This document shows, one piece after another, positions 40,506 through 49,231 of a stretch of DNA of 64,000 bases. A program made the translations under genes and the position numbers. The DNA is from an uncultured Candidatus Saccharibacteria bacterium (GTDB lineage Bacteria > Patescibacteriota > Doudnabacteria > UBA920): positions 141,896 through 205,895 of the forward strand of contig CAZACP010000001.1 in assembly GCA_964483665.1 (NCBI GenBank), read 5' to 3'. The notes beneath the pieces were generated by a model. The model did not search any database. It had not been told where the DNA came from and saw only the letters and a list, made by a program, of their open reading frames with translations. Every line of letters starts with the position of its first letter. The first letter of the stretch is position 1.

Positions 40506-41612
40506 TTAGACTAAAGAGTATAAATTTCTTCCGACTTTAGTGAATAATTTTCTGTTTGAAAGACCGACAAGAATGGTGTTTTTCTTTACCATTCTGCGTT
40601 TTAAGACTTCTTCAATTATTTTATCGCGCGAAAGTGGTTGGCCAGAGCTTACCAAAACTTCCTTTATTACATCCGAAACAACGCCCGGTTTATAACCCCA
40701 TTCTGAAAGAGCGTAAATTCCCCTGCCGACTAATACAAAACGACTGTCTTTTATAAGTTCGTTATGAACAGTTTCTTTAAAAGCTTTCCTCGTGTCAAAC
40801 CCTGCCTTGTTTATAGCTTCGGTAATTTCGCCGTAATGCAAAGGTTTTTTGGTATTTTTCATAACCAAATACGCTTTGTCGCCAACATCTCTTGGTTTAA
40901 TTTCCTTCCAGGTGTTTAAACCCCACTCTTCAAAAACGTTTTTTTCAATCTCTAGCGTAAGAGCCAAAAAATTTAGAATTATTTTGTCGGTTAACTCATT
41001 TTGGTTTTCTCGGTAAAATTCCGTTTCCTTAAAATGTTTAAGAAAATCTTCAGAGGCCATTGGCTTTTTGCTTGACTCTAAAATTTGCTTACTTACCTCA
41101 GTTGTTTTGTTTAAAAAATCTTTGTTAAAAAGCACGTAAACCCAGGCTTTTTTGAAATTTTCGTGAATAAAGTTATCTAGTTCTTCTACTAAATGCAATA
41201 AAAAAATAACGGCATTGCGTTCGGAAGTCGACTGTAAATTAAGCCTCAATAGCAAATTTTCTTCGGCTATTACCCTGCCATGCTCGGCTACCAAATTAAG
41301 CAAAAATTCTTTGGCTTTGTTAAAACTATCGCTTTTTGCCGCGTTTTTCTTTAAATGTTTTAAAATATCTTTCTCGATTTGCCTGACTCTTTCCCTTGTT
41401 AAATTATGCTCCTGGCCGATGGCTGCAAGAGTTTTTTCTTCGTGATTTTCCAGGCCGTATCTGTGTCTTAATATCTTTTTATCTCTCTCTTTTTCAACCA
41501 AATTTAAAATTTCCCGTAGAGTTTCTTCAGGTTTGAATTCCAGCAAATTTACGTTTTGCCTATTCGTAATAATTGTATCTAAAATTCCCATAAAATATGA
41601 TTGAAATTTCAC
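40506..41612 (-). CDS. Sigma-70 region 4-like HTH fused to HARE-HTH (RNAP delta-like) domains
   Basis: RYGL...TLAAIG...LTRERVRQIE; VHNELIKDSRFVLVGRGIYALSEW. Confidence 0.8.
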   Translation of the reverse strand: MKFQSYFMGILDTIITNRQNVNLLEFKPEETLREILNLVEKERDKKILRHRYGLENHEEKTLAAIGQEHNLTRERVRQIEKDILKHLKKNAAKSDSFNKAKEFLLNLVAEHGRVIAEENLLLRLNLQSTSERNAVIFLLHLVEELDNFIHENFKKAWVYVLFNKDFLNKTTEVSKQILESSKKPMASEDFLKHFKETEFYRENQNELTDKIILNFLALTLEIEKNVFEEWGLNTWKEIKPRDVGDKAYLVMKNTKKPLHYGEITEAINKAGFDTRKAFKETVHNELIKDSRFVLVGRGIYALSEWGYKPGVVSDVIKEVLVSSGQPLSRDKIIEEVLKRRMVKKNTILVGLSNRKLFTKVGRNLYSLV

Positions 41613-41766
41613 TTCGGATTTAGCCTAAACAAGCAATTATAAGAAGGCTAATATTTTTGATTTAACAGTATTCCAAAGCTCGGTAACCAAAGTATAGCAT
41701 AAATCTTAAACCTTGTCAATAAATAAAAGCCCTTTAAAAAGGGCTTTTAAAAGTACGATTTTTGGC

Positions 41767-42654
41767 TTATTTTAAACCTTTTTTTTGAAAAAGCATTAAA
41801 ACAGGGCTAGCAATGAATATAGAAGAGTAAGTACCGACTATTATACCCACAAAAAGAGCAAGCACAAAGTAGCGAATAGACTCGCCTCCAAATAAAAGGA
41901 GTGAGAGCAAAACAAAGAGCACGGTTAAACTGGTATTTAAGGACCTGACAATTGTTTGGGCTATGCTATGGTTCACTACAAATTCCAAACTTTGACCGGC
42001 GTAAATTTTTAGGTTTTCTCTTATTCTGTCAAATACCACAATGGTATCGTGCACTGAAAAACCCAAAACGGTTAAAAGCGCGGTTACGAACATGCTGTCA
42101 ATTTCAACACCCCAAAAATGTCCTAAGATAGAAAAGAATCCTAAAACAAAGAGCAGGTCGTGTAAAAGAGCAATAATCGCAGACCAACCAAAACGCCACG
42201 AAGTCATGGGCTTTGGTACTTTTCTGAACGCATATGAAATGTATAAAATGATACCAAGTGAAACTAAAATTAACTGATATATCGCATTTTTCTTTAACTC
42301 TTTTCCAACCACCGGTCCAATAGACTGAAATTGGGTTTCGTTAAAATCGCCCGCCGACTCTCGGATTTTGGACAACATTTCGTCATGCTTTTCCTTTTCT
42401 AGAGAAGAAGTTTTTATAATCAAAGAATTATTTTCAGACGGCTGAAGCACAAAACCGGTTATATCGGTTTTCTCAATGGCTGTCTTAACGGAGTTTAACT
42501 CATAATTTTTGTTGAAACGAATTTCCGTTAAAGTACCGCCTTTAAAATCAATACCTAACTTCAAGCCAAACAATAACAAAGAAACAACGCCAAAAATTAA
42601 AATTAAGGCTGATGCAGAAAACCAAAACTTATAATATTTTAGAGTATTAAACAT
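41767..42654 (-). CDS. secF: Protein translocase subunit SecF
   Basis: LGIDFKGG, GFSVHDTIVVFDRIREN and GTYSSIFIA motifs. Confidence 0.97.
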   Translation of the reverse strand: MFNTLKYYKFWFSASALILIFGVVSLLLFGLKLGIDFKGGTLTEIRFNKNYELNSVKTAIEKTDITGFVLQPSENNSLIIKTSSLEKEKHDEMLSKIRESAGDFNETQFQSIGPVVGKELKKNAIYQLILVSLGIILYISYAFRKVPKPMTSWRFGWSAIIALLHDLLFVLGFFSILGHFWGVEIDSMFVTALLTVLGFSVHDTIVVFDRIRENLKIYAGQSLEFVVNHSIAQTIVRSLNTSLTVLFVLLSLLLFGGESIRYFVLALFVGIIVGTYSSIFIASPVLMLFQKKGLK

Positions 42655-42683
42655 AAATGAATTCTAAAATGAATTAGGTGACT

Positions 42684-44159
42684 TTATACTTTCTTACTTT
42701 TGCTTACTCCAAAAAGCCAAGGATGGGTAAGAATATTATTTCCAATGAATAATTTAAGGAAAGTCTTGGTTACTGAAATTGCCGTAAACATAGAAATTAG
42801 TATGCCGATCGCCAAAGTTATGGCAAAGCCTTTTATTGAAGGCGAGCCAAAAAAATACAAAATTGCAGTCGTAATTAAAGAAGAAACATTGGAATCCCGA
42901 ATAGAAAGCCAGGCTCTGGAAAAACCATCATCAACCGCTTTCTCGATGTCTTTGCCGGCTCTAATTTCTTCTTTCAGGCGTTCAAAAATCAAAATATTTG
43001 CGTCAACAGCCATACCTACAGAAAGAATAAACCCTGCGATTCCGCCTAAAGTAAGAGTAACAGGCGAAAGCGCGCCTAAAAACATTAAAACTATATAGGA
43101 TCCGAGCGCAATAATACCGAATCTTCCGTCAACTGTCATACCTAACAGGAAAAAGAGACCCACTAAAGCCACGGCCGTAAAAGAAATACCGACTTTAAAT
43201 ATCGCCAAAGAAAGCATGGTGTAAATCAGCAAAGCACATACTGCCAAAAAACCCGGGAATCTGTAAAAAATTATCATAAAAATGACTATAAGCAATAAAC
43301 CAATAAGTCCGGCCATTACAGATTTATGTACGGATTCTTTGCCCAAAGTCGCCCCAACATTCTGCTGGGAAATAAGCTTTATAGGAACCGGCAAAGCTCC
43401 GCTGTTTAAGCGGCTGGCTAATTGCTTTGCTTCGCCAACGGTAAAATTTCCGGAAACAATTGCCACGCCGTCAGTAATAGCTGTCTGCACCGTAGGCGCG
43501 CTAATTACCTGGCCGTCCAAAATAATTGCAACCGGCTTTTGCAAATTAGCTGAGGTTATTTCTGAGAAAAGTTTTTTGCCTTCTTCGTTAAATTCCAAAC
43601 GAACCACAACTTCATTGGTTAAGGCTGATTGTCCCTGAAAATCTACCGTTGCTTTCTTAAGCTGTTTTCCGGAAAGTCCGGTAGGAAGCCACGAAGACAG
43701 TGGGTCAACTGTTATTGTCCCCTTTTCATCTGGTACAACTTCGGGCGCATTAGGGTTTTCAACCCTAAATTCCAAATATGGGGTTTGGCCTATTTGTTTT
43801 ATAGCTTCATTTACGTCTTTTATACCTGGTAACTCAACAATTATTCTGTCTGTCCCTGAAACCTGCACCTGGGGTTCTGAAACGCCAAAACTATTTACCC
43901 TTCTTTCTATAATGTCTCGAATGGCTAAAAGAGCGTCGCTTTGGGACTCTTTTGCCACATCTTTAAAATCAGCCTGGTAGGCCAAATGACTGCCGCCCTG
44001 AAGGTCAAGACCAAGCCTAATTCTAAAATCCTGCTTATAGGGAATTTTTAAGGGGCTTAAATCAATTTTACTGCCCTTTGGATGGACAATAAAGGCAGCC
44101 ACAGCTGCTAAAACCAACACACCAATAAAAGTAATAATTTGCTTAATTTTTGGGTTCAT
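42684..44159 (-). CDS. secD: Protein translocase subunit SecD
   Basis: LGLDLQGG, GALPVP and GMAVDANILIFER motifs. Confidence 0.97.
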   Translation of the reverse strand: MNPKIKQIITFIGVLVLAAVAAFIVHPKGSKIDLSPLKIPYKQDFRIRLGLDLQGGSHLAYQADFKDVAKESQSDALLAIRDIIERRVNSFGVSEPQVQVSGTDRIIVELPGIKDVNEAIKQIGQTPYLEFRVENPNAPEVVPDEKGTITVDPLSSWLPTGLSGKQLKKATVDFQGQSALTNEVVVRLEFNEEGKKLFSEITSANLQKPVAIILDGQVISAPTVQTAITDGVAIVSGNFTVGEAKQLASRLNSGALPVPIKLISQQNVGATLGKESVHKSVMAGLIGLLLIVIFMIIFYRFPGFLAVCALLIYTMLSLAIFKVGISFTAVALVGLFFLLGMTVDGRFGIIALGSYIVLMFLGALSPVTLTLGGIAGFILSVGMAVDANILIFERLKEEIRAGKDIEKAVDDGFSRAWLSIRDSNVSSLITTAILYFFGSPSIKGFAITLAIGILISMFTAISVTKTFLKLFIGNNILTHPWLFGVSKSKKV

Positions 44160-44213
44160 AATGTGATAAAACTAACTTTGCTGATTATATCAAAAGCCTA
44201 AAATTAGGGCAAG

Positions 44214-44855
44214 TTACTGCTCAATAAAAATCCGCGTACCGACATCTGCCCAATTATAAAGGTTTTCCATCTCAGAATACGAAACATTTATACAACCGTG
44301 GCTCATAGGTTGGCCAAACTTGTCGTGCCAGTAAGCCCCATGAATGTATAAATTGCCCCTGCTGCCATATTTAAATAACAGATTCCATTTTGTATTTGGG
44401 TAATAATAAGAGCCTAGTTTTGAGCCATAAGTTACGAGGGGTCTTTTGGTTAAAACACTAAACTCACCTTTTGGAGTGGGAGTTCTTTTAAGCCCGCTGG
44501 AAATTTTAAAGGTTTTTATGGCATATGGACCTAAAAAATAAGTTAGTTCCTGCTTTTGCAGACTGACTTTAATCTTTTTTACGGCCTTTTCGTCTGAAAC
44601 TACATTTGGGTCATACCCGGCCTTAACTTCAACTCCGTCGGAATAACTATCGCCGTCCGTGTCAACCACTTGGGCGTTCGTTTTGTAAATATTTATTTCG
44701 TCGTAATCCGAAAGGCCGTCTGAGTCAGTGTCCATACCCATAAGCATTTCTTCGCTATAATGAAAAACCCCTATTTGGGTCTCCTGACCTTTTGTAATAA
44801 TAGGCGCTAAAAAAAATATAGAAAAAACAATTAAAATTTTTCGGAATTTAGCCAT
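44214..44855 (-). CDS. L,D-transpeptidase (YkuD family) with TSP3-like Ca-binding repeats
   Basis: DTDSDGLSD and DTDGDSYSD repeats; IHG...SHGCI catalytic motif. Confidence 0.9.
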   Translation of the reverse strand: MAKFRKILIVFSIFFLAPIITKGQETQIGVFHYSEEMLMGMDTDSDGLSDYDEINIYKTNAQVVDTDGDSYSDGVEVKAGYDPNVVSDEKAVKKIKVSLQKQELTYFLGPYAIKTFKISSGLKRTPTPKGEFSVLTKRPLVTYGSKLGSYYYPNTKWNLLFKYGSRGNLYIHGAYWHDKFGQPMSHGCINVSYSEMENLYNWADVGTRIFIEQ

Positions 44856-47377
44856 TCTTCGATTTTAGTTTTTTGATTTTTTAGCCACCAAACATTGGAT
44901 TCAACTCTTTCTAAAATCTGCTCTACGGTTCTGCGCATACCCAAAACAGGTCGTTTTTTAAAAAACGCTTTAAGTTCTTTATAGTCGCCTTGTGTGTTCA
45001 TTAAACCCAAAGGTTTTAACATTCTGCCAAGCATATGCCCGCTTGGCGGATAGCGCTTGTTCAGCTCCTTCCAATTTGTTTGAAGAAATTTAAAAGCTAA
45101 TTTTCTCCCCAAAGGATTTGCGAATACAGACGCAATAATCATAGGAGCGTCTTGCAATCTAACCTCCTTAGACAGAGCAAAATCCAGCGTTTTTTTGAGC
45201 AGATCGGCATCTGAAAAGTTTGCCAAAGCTCTTCCTAATCTGTTTTTTTCTTCGTTTAGCGTTTCTTTGCAATACTTTTCCACAAAATTATTATATTCGG
45301 CTCTATTGCCGTTTTCCGCCACTACCTGATATACCATTCCGCGCAAATCAGCCGGTATTTTTTTGCCTTTAAAAATTTTCCTTGCCTTTTCTATAACTTC
45401 CTTTCCGCCAAACGAGGCATAGTTAGACAAAACCAAGCTTCTTAAAAGACCCTGGGTATGGGCTTCGCCTTTGTGCGCTTTAAAACCTAAACGCTTAGCT
45501 TCTTTTTGAAAAATACTTCTCGCATACTCTTCATATTTTCTTTTAAACGACTCTTCAAAAATAAGCTGATGGACTAAATTTATACCTGAAGAAATTTCCG
45601 TCCAAACCGTATAATCTGTTTCGTTTTCGTAAGCCAAAGAAAGTTCAAGCGCCCGAGCCGTTGGAAGCTCCTGGGCTTCGGCTAAAGCAAACGCATCCCG
45701 AATAATTCCTAAACGGTCAATTGCCGGCAAGGACTTATTTTTTATCATCGGCTGCAGCTGTTTTAGCATTTGAGAAGGGTAATCCACCCTGTAAAACCCA
45801 GACTCCCCGGAGTTTATTTTTACTGGCGCGGATGAATTAAATTTTAAGATTTCTGACTTCCCTTCCATTAAACTTTGTATTTTTAACTTTCCGCTTTTTA
45901 CTTTTAAAGGCACTTGCCAAATTGTCTTGTCTTTTGCCCTGCTCTTTGACAATGCCGAGGAAAAATACCTGGTTTGGCTAATTTGCAAGCCTTTGGGTTT
46001 TTGCGTAACTTTTAAAACCGGGTAACCCGGTTTTTTTGTCCAGGTTTCCATAATTTTTGCCACCGGCTTTTTTGAAACTTGTTCAAAAGCATTCCACAAA
46101 TCAAAAGTTTTAGTATTCTGGTAGGCATGCTTTTTTAAATAATGCCTAAGTCCGTCTCTAAAATTTTTCTCTCCCAAATAATCAGCCAGCATTCTTATAA
46201 CGCTTGCGCCTTTGCTATAGCTTACTTCATCAAAAATTTCACCAATTTCGTCAGGGTGCTTAACTTCTACCTCTATTGAGTGGGTATTTTTAAGCCCATC
46301 TAAACGCAAGGCTATTCCCAAATCTGCATAGGCAAATTGTGTCCATATGTCCCATTTTGGAAACAAATGGTCAACTGCCAGGTATTCTATATAAGAGGCA
46401 AAACCTTCATTTAGCCACAAATCTGTCCACCAGTGCATAGTAACCAAATTGCCAAACCATTGGTGGGCAAGTTCGTGAGCTATAACCAAAGCTACCCATT
46501 GTTTGTTGGATGCCGATGAATGCTCAGGGTCTACCAAAAGCGCGGATTCGCGGTAAGTAACCGCCCCCCAATTTTCCATTGCTCCGTGGGAAAAATCCGG
46601 TATTGCAACCATATCCAAAAGCGGCAAAGGGTAGTTTATGGCAAAATAACTTTCATAAAAATCCAAAGTTTTAACTGCGCAATCTAAAGCGAATTTTGCT
46701 TGATGTTTTTTTCCGGGCGTTACAAACACTCTTACCTTAACTCCGCGGTTGGTATAGCCTTCTAAATATTCAAATTCCCCTACTATAAACGCCAACAAAT
46801 AGGTTGACATTTTGGGAGTGGGCGCGAATTGAACCATTTTGTAACCCGACTCATGCTCTTTTATGGAACTTTCCACGGTATTGGAAATAGCTGTAAGTCC
46901 GGGCGGAACCATAATAGTCACGTCAAAAATTGCTTTAGAGCTAGGCTCGTCAAAGCAGGGAAAGGCTCTGCGGGCATCTGTAGCTTCAAATTGAGTCGTG
47001 GCAAGGTGCTTTTCTTTGCCTTGGTGCATATAGCGGCTTCTGTAAAAACCGCGCATATAGTCGTTTAAAACGCCCTTGAATTTAAGTGATATTTTTGCAA
47101 GTCCCCTCGGTAGTTTTTTGTTTGATGATAAGGTAACTGTCTCCGCTTTCGTATTGTATTTTATGTTTTTAATCTGCAAACTAAAATCTGCACTCTGAAA
47201 TTCTACGTCCCATATCTTAAGCTCTTTAGAATGAAGCGTGATTTCGTTTACCGCCTTTTCAAGGCGCAGCTCAATAATTTCTTCGCCTTCAAAAGTAAAA
47301 CCGTCTAGGTCGGGTTTTACCATTAATTGATAGCGTTCTGGTTTTATGTAGGGTGATAATCTTACTTTATTTTTCAT
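44831..47377 (-). CDS. M1 family aminopeptidase (puromycin-sensitive / ERAP1-like)
   Basis: GAMENWG and HELAHQWFG...LNEG motifs. Confidence 0.95.
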   Translation of the reverse strand: MKNKVRLSPYIKPERYQLMVKPDLDGFTFEGEEIIELRLEKAVNEITLHSKELKIWDVEFQSADFSLQIKNIKYNTKAETVTLSSNKKLPRGLAKISLKFKGVLNDYMRGFYRSRYMHQGKEKHLATTQFEATDARRAFPCFDEPSSKAIFDVTIMVPPGLTAISNTVESSIKEHESGYKMVQFAPTPKMSTYLLAFIVGEFEYLEGYTNRGVKVRVFVTPGKKHQAKFALDCAVKTLDFYESYFAINYPLPLLDMVAIPDFSHGAMENWGAVTYRESALLVDPEHSSASNKQWVALVIAHELAHQWFGNLVTMHWWTDLWLNEGFASYIEYLAVDHLFPKWDIWTQFAYADLGIALRLDGLKNTHSIEVEVKHPDEIGEIFDEVSYSKGASVIRMLADYLGEKNFRDGLRHYLKKHAYQNTKTFDLWNAFEQVSKKPVAKIMETWTKKPGYPVLKVTQKPKGLQISQTRYFSSALSKSRAKDKTIWQVPLKVKSGKLKIQSLMEGKSEILKFNSSAPVKINSGESGFYRVDYPSQMLKQLQPMIKNKSLPAIDRLGIIRDAFALAEAQELPTARALELSLAYENETDYTVWTEISSGINLVHQLIFEESFKRKYEEYARSIFQKEAKRLGFKAHKGEAHTQGLLRSLVLSNYASFGGKEVIEKARKIFKGKKIPADLRGMVYQVVAENGNRAEYNNFVEKYCKETLNEEKNRLGRALANFSDADLLKKTLDFALSKEVRLQDAPMIIASVFANPLGRKLAFKFLQTNWKELNKRYPPSGHMLGRMLKPLGLMNTQGDYKELKAFFKKRPVLGMRRTVEQILERVESNVWWLKNQKTKIEEWLNSEKF

Positions 47378-47933
47378 GAGACAGTAGATAATTTTTTAAT
47401 TTTTTTGCGGCTATTCCGCGTGCGCTGAATTTATAGTAACCCTCGGATTTTAACTCCCCTAAGGTAAACTTTGAATTATTTGGTAAAAAAATTGGGTCAT
47501 AGCCAAAGCCATGTTTTCCCCGCGGCATTACTACTCTACCTTTTATTGTTCCTTCAAAAAACAAAATGTTTTTTTTGTTTTTTGCATATGCAATAATAGT
47601 TCTGCCTTCCGCTCGTTGTTCATTAATACCGATAGCTAATTTTGCCAAATTTTTTGGTCCAAGATATACATTAAAAAACTTAATAAAGGGCCCGGGCAAT
47701 TTTCCCCCAAAAGCTCTTAGAACTAAACCGCTGTCTTCTACTATAAAAGGTCCTTTATGATGCTTAAAAGCTTCGTTGAGCTTATGCTTAATAATTTTAT
47801 GAGGATCGATGTCTTGTATCTCGTCCAAATCAATATTCATTTGCTCAATTTTTATGGGAGCAAGCAAAGCTGAGATTTCGGCCAGTTTATTTTTATTGCT
47901 GGTTATAAATTTTAAAATTTTATTTTTTTCCAT
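47367..47933 (-). CDS. Non-canonical purine NTP pyrophosphatase (Ham1/RdgB family)
   Basis: TSNKNK, VEDSGL, LPGP and FGYDPIF motifs; SAR replaces the usual SHR. Confidence 0.9.
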   Translation of the reverse strand: MEKNKILKFITSNKNKLAEISALLAPIKIEQMNIDLDEIQDIDPHKIIKHKLNEAFKHHKGPFIVEDSGLVLRAFGGKLPGPFIKFFNVYLGPKNLAKLAIGINEQRAEGRTIIAYAKNKKNILFFEGTIKGRVVMPRGKHGFGYDPIFLPNNSKFTLGELKSEGYYKFSARGIAAKKLKNYLLSHEK

Positions 47934-48366
47934 GACACTCGTTAAATATTTTACCACTCTTACAAAAACACTTGGGGTTACGTTTAAAAAAATTTTGCGT
48001 TGGTTCTAGCAAGGGACTTGGTAGGTTGTTTAAATTAAACCATGCAATTTTTTCGCACTTTTCCGGTTCTAGGTTTTGCGGCTCACCACTCCACTTGCTT
48101 GCAAAAAAATCTAAATTTACATAATGCCTATCCGGCATTATGTTGTTGTTAACCGCCCACATTTCCGCTTCTTCCACCTTTAAACCCACTTCTTCCATTG
48201 TTTCTCTTTTGACTGTATCTATAAACTCTTCACCAATTTCCAAATGCCCACCAGGGGGACACCACATACCCGCGCCGGTAGTGTTTTTCCGCAACATTAG
48301 CAAAATCTGATTTTCAGCATTTAAAATATAAACCCCAATGCCAATTTTAGGTCTTTGTTTTTCCAT
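47920..48366 (-). CDS. NUDIX hydrolase with C-terminal SEC-C motif
   Basis: GGHLEIGE...RETMEEVGL Nudix box; CFCKSGKIFNECH. Confidence 0.9.
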   Translation of the reverse strand: MEKQRPKIGIGVYILNAENQILLMLRKNTTGAGMWCPPGGHLEIGEEFIDTVKRETMEEVGLKVEEAEMWAVNNNIMPDRHYVNLDFFASKWSGEPQNLEPEKCEKIAWFNLNNLPSPLLEPTQNFFKRNPKCFCKSGKIFNECHGKK

Positions 48367-48419
48367 AAATAAAATGCCTTATTAAGGCATTTTATTAAAC
48401 TTTTAAGTTTTGAGCAAAT

Positions 48420-48667
48420 TTATGGGTTATAAGGCACGCCGACTTTTGGCGCTGCTTCTATCGCCCACTTTTCTAGTCCATCTACTCTAGATCCAACCAC
48501 TAATGTCTCAGTTTCGTTAGTTTTGTCGCGTTTTGAAAAGCATCTATAGCTTGTAAAATACGTTCAATATCTGACTTGGTTGCAAATTTATTATCTAAAT
48601 CAGCTTTTAAGTCTTCGATTGATTTGTCGATATAGTCAAAGATAGGTTGAAAATTAGTTTCACTCAT
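48420..48667 (-). CDS. Small coiled-coil hypothetical protein with an apparent 1-nt frameshift
   Basis: MSETNFQ...AIDAF continues in another frame as KRDKTNETETLVVGSRVDGLEKWAIEAAPKVGVPYNP to TAA at 48420, just before a terminator hairpin. Confidence 0.55.
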
Positions 48668-48715
48668 ATTTATATTGTGATGCAAAAAAACTAAAAGTCA
48701 AAGCTAATATCCACA

Positions 48716-49096
48716 CTATGCTTTAGCCTCTTCTGTTCCGTGATCGTGGTTATGTTCGTGTTTTGAGTGGTCATGCCCGGCATGCACGTCCGACGTAGCT
48801 TTATGCGAAGTTAGATGCTCGTCTACGGCACCGGCTTTTTGCATAGCCTCACGCTTTTCTGTATTCAACTTTTTGATTATTTCGTTTACTTTGTCCGAGT
48901 ACTCTTTTAATTGAGCGTCCCCGTTCACCATAAGTTCGGCAATTTCTTCGGGCTTTTGCTTAGTTAAAATTGCCAGAATCATAACCAGGCTGGAGGTGGA
49001 CCATAAGCCATTTTCCATTTGCCTCTGAGCCATGGCTAATTCGTAAATCATGCTTTCAGTTTTTGTTGGTTGTTTTTTTAAGTAGTCTTTGGACAT
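48716..49096 (-). CDS. Hypothetical protein with His-rich C-terminus
   Basis: 126-aa ORF ending HAGHDHSKHEHNHDH. Confidence 0.75.
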   Translation of the reverse strand: MSKDYLKKQPTKTESMIYELAMAQRQMENGLWSTSSLVMILAILTKQKPEEIAELMVNGDAQLKEYSDKVNEIIKKLNTEKREAMQKAGAVDEHLTSHKATSDVHAGHDHSKHEHNHDHGTEEAKA

Positions 49097-49197
49097 TGTT
49101 CGTTCTTGTTAATTGATTATTAAAATTATTTAGACCCCTTTAACCGCTGATGCTCAGGGTATTTAAAAGCCCGCGCTTCTTATTTTTTTCCACTTCC

Positions 49198-49225
49198 GTC
49201 CTCCTACGCTAAAGCTTCGGAGGAC
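49198..49225. repeat. Palindromic mini-element, family also at 1795, 1859, 52478 and 63735
   Basis: gtcctcctacgctaaagcttcggaggac. Confidence 0.7.
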
Positions 49226-49231
49226 TTCGCT

